Source: Christensenellales bacterium (lineage in GTDB: Bacteria > Bacillota > Clostridia > Christensenellales > CAG-138). From it: DNA of 45,408 nucleotides. Positions 38,401-45,408 of the stretch are shown piece after piece (position 1 is the first letter of the stretch; each line of letters opens with the position of its first letter). The notes under the pieces are model-generated. The model saw nothing but the letters and a program-made list of their open reading frames with translations. It made no database searches and was not told the origin of the DNA. The DNA is taken from positions 1-45,408 of the forward strand of contig JBGVAK010000025.1 in the NCBI GenBank assembly GCA_045224495.1. The letters run 5' to 3'. A program made the position numbers and the translations under genes.

Positions 38401-38477
38401 GGGGATGTAGCTCAGCTGGTTAGAGCGCTGTGTTCACATCGCAGAGGTCTAGGGTTCGAGTCCCTACATCCCCACCA
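38401..38477 (+). tRNA. tRNA-Val (anticodon CAC)
   Basis: Acceptor stem GGGGATG/CATCCCC, D arm GCTC..GAGC, anticodon loop TT-CAC-AT, T loop TTCGAGT, encoded CCA. Confidence 0.96.
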
Positions 38478-38515
38478 ATAAAAGAACCACCCGGATGGGT
38501 GGTTCTTTTATTGGT
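38474..38515 (+). terminator. Terminator-like hairpin after tRNA-Val
   Basis: Perfect 19-bp inverted repeat ACCAATAAAAGAACCACCC-ggat-GGGTGGTTCTTTTATTGGT. Confidence 0.8.
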
Positions 38516-38523
38516 ACATTGGA

Positions 38524-38683
38524 AGGGACTCGAACGGATGCGGTTGTGAATGGAGCGCCAGTGGCGCTCCAGAGCCGCATCCCGACCAAGCCCGCAGGCG
38601 CGATTTCGAGTCCCTACACCCCCCTACTCCCGAGCCCGGACCAAGCCCGCAGGCGCGATTTCGAGTCCCTACATCCCCCTACT
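38524..38683. repeat. tRNA-3'-end-derived palindromic element with a 45-bp tandem duplication
   Basis: Inverted T-arm copy at 38524-38535; nested IRs at 38536-38582 and 38551-38571; 45-bp direct repeats at 38584-38628 and 38639-38683 (1 mismatch), each containing the tRNA 3' end. Confidence 0.85.
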
Positions 38684-38726
38684 TTTGACTATCATATTGT
38701 ATGATCTATTCGTTAATATCTATTAT

Positions 38727-38755
38727 TTGCTTTTTTCCTCCGAAGAAAGTATAAT
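38727..38755 (+). promoter_or_regulatory. Promoter of the amylosucrase-HAD unit
   Basis: TTGCTT-N17-TATAAT. Confidence 0.65.
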
Positions 38756-38810
38756 GCTCATATACCCTCATTCCCCCATTTCGACAAATAAACACGGAGG
38801 AACGTCCCCC

Positions 38811-40661
38811 ATGAACAAAATGAAATGGAAGCTGGAGTTCTATGACCGCTTCGCTCGCCATGAAGCGGAGCTCACGCGCCTCTACCGGGAGCTGTATCAC
38901 AACGACATGGCCGCCTTCGACCGGTTCGCGGACATGCTCTATGATGCCTATGACGCCCGTCCCGAAAGCCTGAAGCTTATGGACCGGGCTCGGGAGGCCC
39001 ATGGGGACTGGTACAAAGGCCACGACCTGGTGGGCATGCTCATGTATGTGAACGCCTTTGCCGGGACGCTGCAGGGGGTCCGGGAGAAGCTCGATTATAT
39101 CGAGGACTGCGGCGTCAACTACCTGCATCTGATGCCCCTGCTGGAGAGCCCTAAGGGCCGCAGCGACGGGGGCTACGCCGTCAGCGATTTTCGCAAGGTC
39201 CAGCCTGAGCTGGGCACCATGGAGGACTTGGCGGCTCTCGCTGCGGACTGCCATGAGCGGGGCATCGCCGTGTGTCTCGATTTCGTCATGAACCACACCA
39301 GCGAGGACCATGAGTGGGCCAAACGGGCCCGGGCTGGAGAGAAGGCGTATCAGGACCGGTACTTCTTCTACGAGGGCTGGGACATCCCCAACGCCTACGA
39401 GCAGACCGTGCCCCAGGTGTTCCCCACCACGGCTCCCGGCAACTTCACCTGGTGTGAGGAAGCCCACAAGGTGGTCATGACCACCTTCTACCCCTACCAG
39501 TGGGATCTCAATTACGCCAACCCCGCCGTGTTCCAGGACATGACGGACAACATGCTGAATCTTTGCAACCACGGGGTGGACGTGGTGCGGCTGGACGCCG
39601 TGCCCTACATCTGGAAGGCCCTGGGCACCAACTGCCGGAACCTCCCTCAGGTCCACACCCTGGTCCGCATGATGCGGATGGTGTGCGAGATCGTCTGCCC
39701 CGGCACGCTTCTTTTGGGCGAAGTGGTCATGGAGCCCAGCAAGGTGGTGCCCTACTTCGGCACCGTGGATCGGCCCGAGTGCCATATGCTTTACAACGTG
39801 ACCACCATGGCCACCATTTGGCACACCGTGGCCACGGGAGACGTGCGGCTCCTACGGCACCAGATGGGGCAGGTCTTCTCCCTGCCCAAGGAGTATACCT
39901 TCCTCAACTACCTTCGCTGCCACGACGACATCGGCTGGGGCCTCGATTACGCTTTCCTCCGTCAATTCGGCCAGGAGGAGGTGCCCCACAAGCGGTTTTT
40001 GAACGACTATCTCACGGGCTACTTCGCCGGCAGTCCGGCCCGGGGCGAACTCTATAACGACGATCCCCGGCTCATGGACGCCCGGCTATGCGGCACCACC
40101 GCCAGCCTCTGCGGCGTGGAGTCGGCCCGCAAGAAGGGAGACAACGAAGCCCTGGGCAAGGCCCTTCGCCTGGACGAGACGCTCCACGCCTTCATGTTCA
40201 CCCTCAGCGGCGTCCCCGTCCTCTACAGCGGCGACGAGGTGGGCCGGGAGAACGATTACGACTACCACAAGGACCCCCTTAAATGGGAGGACAGCCGGTA
40301 TCTGCACCGGGGCAATATGGACTGGACCCTGGCTGAGCAGCGCAAGGACAGGACCACCGTGGCGGGGCAGCTCTTTTCCGCCATCCACCGCATGGAGACC
40401 CTGCGGGCCAAATACCCGGTCTTCGACGACGAGGCGGACACCTGGGTCCTGGACACCGGCAACGACGCCGTCATGGGCGTGGGCCGGTACTATCGGGGTC
40501 AAAAGCTGCTGGCCGTCTTCAACTTCTCCCGGGAAAAGCAGACCGCCTGGCTTCGGGAGACGGAGGAGTATCGGGACCTCATGACCGGGCGCAAGCGGGA
40601 CGCCGGGGCGGTGACCCTGGCCCCGGGCGGCTTCGCTTGGCTCCTGCACGAATATAAATAG
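38811..40661 (+). CDS. GH13 amylosucrase-like protein (cytoplasmic)
   Basis: Motifs SDGGYAV, DFVMNHTS, QWDLNY, RLDAVPYIWK, GEVVM, YLRCHDDIGW and RLCGT; GGAGG RBS before ATG 38811; no signal peptide. Confidence 0.85.
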   Translation: MNKMKWKLEFYDRFARHEAELTRLYRELYHNDMAAFDRFADMLYDAYDARPESLKLMDRAREAHGDWYKGHDLVGMLMYVNAFAGTLQGVREKLDYIEDCGVNYLHLMPLLESPKGRSDGGYAVSDFRKVQPELGTMEDLAALAADCHERGIAVCLDFVMNHTSEDHEWAKRARAGEKAYQDRYFFYEGWDIPNAYEQTVPQVFPTTAPGNFTWCEEAHKVVMTTFYPYQWDLNYANPAVFQDMTDNMLNLCNHGVDVVRLDAVPYIWKALGTNCRNLPQVHTLVRMMRMVCEIVCPGTLLLGEVVMEPSKVVPYFGTVDRPECHMLYNVTTMATIWHTVATGDVRLLRHQMGQVFSLPKEYTFLNYLRCHDDIGWGLDYAFLRQFGQEEVPHKRFLNDYLTGYFAGSPARGELYNDDPRLMDARLCGTTASLCGVESARKKGDNEALGKALRLDETLHAFMFTLSGVPVLYSGDEVGRENDYDYHKDPLKWEDSRYLHRGNMDWTLAEQRKDRTTVAGQLFSAIHRMETLRAKYPVFDDEADTWVLDTGNDAVMGVGRYYRGQKLLAVFNFSREKQTAWLRETEEYRDLMTGRKRDAGAVTLAPGGFAWLLHEYK

Positions 40662-40673
40662 GAGGGCACGACC

Positions 40674-41498
40674 ATGAAGCGCAAGCTGATCTTTCTGGAC
40701 ATCGACGGCACCCTGACCCCCGCGGGCAGCAACATGCCCCCTCAAAGCGCCCTGGCGGCCATTGAACAGGTGCGCCGGAACGGGCATTTGATCTTCCTCT
40801 GCACGGGCCGGAACCCGGGCATGATGGCGCCGGTCCTCTCCTACGGCTTCGACGGGGCCGTGGCCGCGGCGGGCGGGTATGTCTTCGCCGGGGAGGAGGT
40901 CCTGTTCGACTGTCCCATGGAGGACGAGCAGCTCCAAACGGGCCTCCGGCTCCTGAAGGAGAACGGGGTCTTCCGTACCATCGAGAGTCGGGACAAGACC
41001 TGGGGCGACGAGGACCTGGGCGACTTTTTGGCCTCCGCCGGGGACGGCAACAGCGAGCTGGTCCGCTGGCGCAAGGCGTTGGCGGAGTCGTTGAACATCC
41101 GTCCCATGAAGGAGTACGACGGCAGCCCCATCTACAAGATCGTGTTCATGTGCCTGGAGGCGCAGCAGCTGGAACCGGCGCGGCAGGCTTTGGAAAAGGA
41201 CTTCAACTTCGTGGTCCAGGATGTAGCCGCCCATCGCTGCCTCAACGGAGAGCTCATCAACCGAAAGTTCGACAAGGGCCGGGGCGTGAAGATCATCGCG
41301 GACCATTTCGGTGCGAACATGGTGGATACCATCGGCTTCGGAGACAGTATGAACGACCTTGAAATGATCGAAGCCGTAGGCGTGTCCGTGTGCATGGACA
41401 ACGGCAGCCCCCTGCTGAAGGCGAGGAGCGATCGGGTTTGCCCTGCCGTGGAGGCGGACGGCCTCGCCATAGCGTTCCGAGAGCTTGGATTGATATAA
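40674..41498 (+). CDS. Cof-type HAD-IIB phosphatase
   Basis: Motifs DIDGTL, CTGR, DKG and FGDSMND. Confidence 0.9.
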   Translation: MKRKLIFLDIDGTLTPAGSNMPPQSALAAIEQVRRNGHLIFLCTGRNPGMMAPVLSYGFDGAVAAAGGYVFAGEEVLFDCPMEDEQLQTGLRLLKENGVFRTIESRDKTWGDEDLGDFLASAGDGNSELVRWRKALAESLNIRPMKEYDGSPIYKIVFMCLEAQQLEPARQALEKDFNFVVQDVAAHRCLNGELINRKFDKGRGVKIIADHFGANMVDTIGFGDSMNDLEMIEAVGVSVCMDNGSPLLKARSDRVCPAVEADGLAIAFRELGLI

Positions 41499-41535
41499 AA
41501 AACGCATAAAAATACACTAATTTGCAAATCTTTTG

Positions 41536-41597
41536 TTTACTTTCCCACTTTCCCACGGTATACTGTGGTATCGGCTGGATCAGCCGAAAGATCCCCC
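41536..41597 (+). promoter_or_regulatory. Probable PTS operon promoter with an operator-like palindrome
   Basis: TTTACT-N17-TATACT; near-palindrome CCACGGTATACTGTGG (41553-41568); TTTCCCAC direct repeat; small hairpin TCGGCTG-gat-CAGCCGA. Confidence 0.5.
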
Positions 41598-41627
41598 AAG
41601 ACAAAAAAAGAATGAAGGGAGACCCAT

Positions 41628-43487
41628 ATGGCACTGGACTATAGAAAATGTGCTGAACAGATCGCGGCCAACATCGGCGGCGGCGCCAATGTGATCAGCG
41701 CGGCCCACTGCGCCACCCGCCTTCGGCTGGTGATCGCGGACAACAGCAAGGTCAACAAGAAAGCCCTGGAGGAGGTCGACGGAGTCAAGGGCATGTTCGA
41801 ATCCAACGGACAGCTCCAGCTCATCATCGGCACCGGAACGGTGAACAAGGTCTACGACGAGTTCCTTTCCGTCACCGGCGCTTCCGCCGCCAGCAAGGAC
41901 GACGTAAAGAAGGCCGCCGCCTCCAAGATGCCCTGGTGGAAGAAGATCCTCAAGACCCCCGGCGACGTGTTCGTGCCCATCCTGCCCGCCATCGTGGCCT
42001 CCGGCCTCATGATGGGCTTGGTGGAAGCCATCCCCAAGTTCTTCCCCGCCTTTGCCGGCACCGACTGGTACGCCTTCCTGGACTTGGTGGCCAACACCGC
42101 TTTCGCGCTGCTGCCCGTGCTGGTGGCCATCTCCGCCGCCCGGGTCTTCGGCGGCAACATCTTCCTGGGCGCGGTCATCGGCCTTATGATGGTCCACCCC
42201 GCCCTGATCAACGCCTGGACCGTAGGCAACTACGCCGCCGGCGAGATACCCACCTGGCAGCTGTTCTTCTTCAAGGTCCAGCAGGTGGGCTATCAGGGCC
42301 ACGTGATCCCGGTCATATTGGCGGTGCTGCTCATGTCCACGGTGGAAAAGTGGCTCCATAAGCACGTGCCGGAAATGATCGACCTGTTTGTCACCCCCCT
42401 GTGCACGGTGCTCGTCACCGCCTTCGTCACCTTCACCATCATCGGGCCCATCTTCTCCGTGCTGGAGAACTACGTGCTCACCGGCGCCAAGTGGCTGGCG
42501 AGCTCCAAGGCGGGCGCCGCGGTCATGGGCGCCATTTACCCCTGGACCGTGGTCATGGGCCTGCACCATATGTATAACGTCATCGAGGCCGGCATGATCG
42601 CCCAGACGGGCCTCAACACCTGGATGCCCATCGCCTCCGCCGCCAACTTTGCACAGTTCGGCGCATGCTTGGCGGTGGCTTTGAAGGTCAAGAACCAGCG
42701 GACCAAGTCCGTGGCCCTGCCCTCCTCCCTGTCCGCCTCCCTGGGCATCACCGAACCCGCCATCTTCGGTATCAACTTCCGGTTCATGAAGCCCTTCCTG
42801 TGCGGCATGGCCGGCGGTGCGGTGGGTGCCTTCTTCGGCGCCATCTTCGGCCTTGGCGCCCCCGTGTACGGCGTCACCGGCATCCCTGCCATCCCTGCCG
42901 TCAACAAGACGGGCCTGTATCTCGTTGAACTCCTTATTTCCGCGGGCGTAGCCTTTGCCCTGGTCTGGACCATCTGGCATGAGGAGAAGCCCGAGGAAGC
43001 CAAGGCGGAGCCCGCCCCCGAAGCGAAGCCCGCCGAGCCCGCGCTGACCGTGCCCACCGTGTCCGTCATCCGCTGCGCCGCTGGCCAGGTGCTCCAGCCC
43101 GTAGAGGGCAACGTGATCGCCCGGGAGAGCATTCCTGACGACACCTTCGCCTCCGGCGTGTTGGGCGACGGCATCGGCGTGGAACCCACCGCGGAGGTGG
43201 TGGTGGCTCCCTTCGACGGCACCGTGTCCTCCGTGGCCGAGAGCCATCATGCCGTAGGCCTCGAATCGAACGGTATGGAGCTTTTGATCCACGTGGGCGT
43301 GGATACCGTGAACATGGCCGGTGACGGCTTCACCTGCCTGGTCGCCGAGGGCGACGAGGTGAAGGCGGGTCAGCCCCTGATCCGCTTCGACCGTCAGAAG
43401 ATCAAGGCCGCCGGGTACAGCGACACCGTGGCGGTGCTCCTCACCAACTCGGACGATCTCGAGGGCGTGGAGTGCGGCGCGAAATAA
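41628..43487 (+). CDS. scrA: PTS enzyme IIBCA, sucrose(/trehalose) family
   Basis: IIB motif HCATRLRL; IIC motifs YQGHVIP, GLHH and GITEPAIFG; IIA motifs DDTFASGVLGDG and LIHVGVDTV. Confidence 0.8.
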   Translation: MALDYRKCAEQIAANIGGGANVISAAHCATRLRLVIADNSKVNKKALEEVDGVKGMFESNGQLQLIIGTGTVNKVYDEFLSVTGASAASKDDVKKAAASKMPWWKKILKTPGDVFVPILPAIVASGLMMGLVEAIPKFFPAFAGTDWYAFLDLVANTAFALLPVLVAISAARVFGGNIFLGAVIGLMMVHPALINAWTVGNYAAGEIPTWQLFFFKVQQVGYQGHVIPVILAVLLMSTVEKWLHKHVPEMIDLFVTPLCTVLVTAFVTFTIIGPIFSVLENYVLTGAKWLASSKAGAAVMGAIYPWTVVMGLHHMYNVIEAGMIAQTGLNTWMPIASAANFAQFGACLAVALKVKNQRTKSVALPSSLSASLGITEPAIFGINFRFMKPFLCGMAGGAVGAFFGAIFGLGAPVYGVTGIPAIPAVNKTGLYLVELLISAGVAFALVWTIWHEEKPEEAKAEPAPEAKPAEPALTVPTVSVIRCAAGQVLQPVEGNVIARESIPDDTFASGVLGDGIGVEPTAEVVVAPFDGTVSSVAESHHAVGLESNGMELLIHVGVDTVNMAGDGFTCLVAEGDEVKAGQPLIRFDRQKIKAAGYSDTVAVLLTNSDDLEGVECGAK

Positions 43488-43519
43488 AGATATAAAATCA
43501 TTAAAGGAGGAAGATCCAC

Positions 43520-43777
43520 ATGAAGACTTTTGAGTACACCATCACCGATCCCGTGGGCATCCATGCCCGTCCCGCCGGCATCCTGGTCAAGGAGATCAAG
43601 AAGTACGCTTCCGCCGTCACCGTGACCAAGGGCGAAAAGTCCGTCAACGCCTTGAAGCTTATGGCTCTCATGGGCATGGGCATCAAGCAGGGCGACACCG
43701 TGAAGGTCAGCGTGGATGGCGCGGACGAGGAGGCCGCCGCCGCCGCCATCGAAGCCTTCTTCAAGGCCAACCTGTAA
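43520..43777 (+). CDS. ptsH: HPr phosphocarrier (His15 present, Ser46 replaced by Lys)
   Basis: GIHARPA motif; strong AAGGAGG RBS. Confidence 0.92.
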   Translation: MKTFEYTITDPVGIHARPAGILVKEIKKYASAVTVTKGEKSVNALKLMALMGMGIKQGDTVKVSVDGADEEAAAAAIEAFFKANL

Positions 43778-43787
43778 AACCGAATGG

Positions 43788-43818
43788 GAAACGGCTGCCA
43801 CTGTTTGACAGCCGTTTC
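43788..43818 (+). other. Intergenic stem-loop between ptsH and ptsI
   Basis: GAAACGGCTG...CAGCCGTTTC; no clear U-tract, so a stabiliser or partial terminator. Confidence 0.55.
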
Positions 43819-43837
43819 TGCATAGAAAGGAAAGCGT

Positions 43838-45408
43838 ATGATTCTGATCCAAGGAAAAGGCGTATCCACCGGCGTGGCCATCGGTCCTCTGTACTTCTAC
43901 CAGCGGGCCAAAGCCACCATCGACCGGTACGAGGTGGCGGACGTCGACGCCGAATGGCAGCGGTTCAAGGACGCCCAGCAAAAGGCCATCGATCAGCTGG
44001 GCGAGCTGGCTGAAAAGGCTCGGACCGAGGCCGGCGACGAAGCGGCCCTGCTCTTCGAGACCCATCAGATGATGGCCGAGGACCTGGACTTTGAAGAGAC
44101 CATCCAGAGCGCCATCACCGAAAGCAAGCTGAACGCGGAGGCCGCTGTCACCGACACCGCCAGTCAATTCGCCGAAATGTTCGCCGCCATGGACGACAGC
44201 TATATGCAGGCCCGGGCTGCAGACGTGAAGGACGTGGCAGGCCGCATCCTCTCCATTTTGACCGGCGCCGTCCAAGGCGGCATCGACTCCCCTGTCCCCG
44301 TCATTTTGGCGGCGGACGATCTGGCGCCCAGCGAGACGGTGCAGCTCGACAAGAGCAAGATCCTGGGCTTCGTCACCGAGGGCGGCAGCGGCTCCAGCCA
44401 TACGGCCATCCTGGCCCGCACCATGGGCATCCCCGCCATCATCGGCGTGGGCGACCAGCTCAAAGCGGAGTACGCCGGCCGGGAGGTCATCGTGGACGGG
44501 GCCACCGGCGCGGTCACCGTGGACGCGGACGCCGACACCAAGGCCCGCATGCTCAAGAAGCAGGAGGAGATCAGAAAGCGTCAGGAGCTCCTCAATCAGC
44601 TCAAGGGCAAGGAGAACGTCACGAAGGACGGCCAGAGGGTCCGCGTCTTCTGCAACATCGGCAACCCTGAGGACGTGCACACGGTCCTGGAGAACGACGG
44701 CGGCGGCATCGGCCTGTTTCGCAGCGAGTTCCTCTACCTGGGCTGTGACGACTATCCCACCGAGGACTATCAGTTCGAAGCCTATAAGAAGGTCCTCTCC
44801 GACATGGGCGGCCGGGAGGTGGTCATCCGTACCTTGGACATCGGCGCCGACAAGCAGATCGAGTATTTCCACCTGCCCAAGGAGGAGAACCCGGCCCTGG
44901 GCAACCGGGCATTGCGCATCTGTCTCAACCGGCCCGAGATCTTCAAGACCCAGCTAAGGGCCCTCTACCGCGCCTCCGCCTACGGGAAGCTGTGCATCAT
45001 GTTCCCCATGGTCACCAGCGTCTGGGAGGTCCGGGAGGCCAAGAAGGTCTGTGAGCAGGTGAAGAAGGAACTGGATGCCGAGGGCATCCCCTATGCCGAC
45101 GACGTGCAGGTGGGCATCATGATTGAGACCCCCGCCGCCGCCGTCATCAGCGACCGGCTGGCGAAGGAGGTGGACTTCTTCTCCTGCGGCACCAACGACC
45201 TGACCCAGTACACCCTGGCCTGCGACCGGCAGAACAACGACCTCGGGCGCTTCTTCGATCCCCATCATCCCGCCGTGCTGCGGCTTCTCAAGATGGTGGC
45301 GGACAACGCCCATAAAAACGGCATCTGGGTGGGCATCTGCGGCGAGCTGGGCGCGGATCTGGCTCTCACGGAGACCTTCCTCTCCATCGGCATCGACGAG
45401 CTGTCCGT
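43838..45408 (+). CDS. ptsI: PTS enzyme I (partial; runs off the right edge)
   Basis: Manual translation MILIQGKGVSTGVAIG...SSHTAILARTMGIP...GIGLFRSEFLY...DIGADK...MIETP...GTNDLTQY...GICGE. Confidence 0.96.
   Translation, partial: MILIQGKGVSTGVAIGPLYFYQRAKATIDRYEVADVDAEWQRFKDAQQKAIDQLGELAEKARTEAGDEAALLFETHQMMAEDLDFEETIQSAITESKLNAEAAVTDTASQFAEMFAAMDDSYMQARAADVKDVAGRILSILTGAVQGGIDSPVPVILAADDLAPSETVQLDKSKILGFVTEGGSGSSHTAILARTMGIPAIIGVGDQLKAEYAGREVIVDGATGAVTVDADADTKARMLKKQEEIRKRQELLNQLKGKENVTKDGQRVRVFCNIGNPEDVHTVLENDGGGIGLFRSEFLYLGCDDYPTEDYQFEAYKKVLSDMGGREVVIRTLDIGADKQIEYFHLPKEENPALGNRALRICLNRPEIFKTQLRALYRASAYGKLCIMFPMVTSVWEVREAKKVCEQVKKELDAEGIPYADDVQVGIMIETPAAAVISDRLAKEVDFFSCGTNDLTQYTLACDRQNNDLGRFFDPHHPAVLRLLKMVADNAHKNGIWVGICGELGADLALTETFLSIGIDELS

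Noticed and set aside
38584-38683. Possible mini-CRISPR array
   Set aside because: Only two repeats with a 10-nt spacer; the repeat is tRNA-derived and no cas genes are present.
38455-38683. Intact prophage or ICE at tRNA-Val
   Set aside because: The att-like copies are only 150 and 205 bp from the tRNA copy, with no integrase or cargo.
38550-38810. 87-aa N-terminal extension of the GH13 ORF, and ORF 38495-38704
   Set aside because: These run through the tRNA-linked repeat and promoter; the RBS supports ATG 38811.

Overview
GC-rich chromosomal segment of a Bacillota (Clostridia-like) bacterium, made mostly of housekeeping genes. In order: partial valS behind a Val T-box; a long minus-strand run (ABC-F, unknown, pdp, polA, coaE, lytic transglycosylase, lspA, RluA-family, lipoprotein); NlpC/P60 and radical SAM genes; kinase-folC-HAD; a CofE-like ligase; sdaAB-sdaAA-nfnA-nfnB; yabM-yabN-HU; M3 and M14 peptidases; ddl-murF; an LCP/GT2-GtrA/phosphodiester-glycosidase cell-wall cluster; an M28 peptidase; tRNA-Val(CAC); and an amylosucrase-HAD-PTS IIBCA-HPr-EI locus. 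I saw no transposase, integrase, phage gene or CRISPR array. Two candidates stand out. (1) A ~230-bp non-coding element after tRNA-Val is built from direct and inverted copies of the tRNA 3' end plus nested palindromes. (2) The sucrose PTS locus pairs an amylosucrase with a HAD phosphatase instead of a sucrose-6-P hydrolase. All family calls come from motifs read by eye, without database searches.
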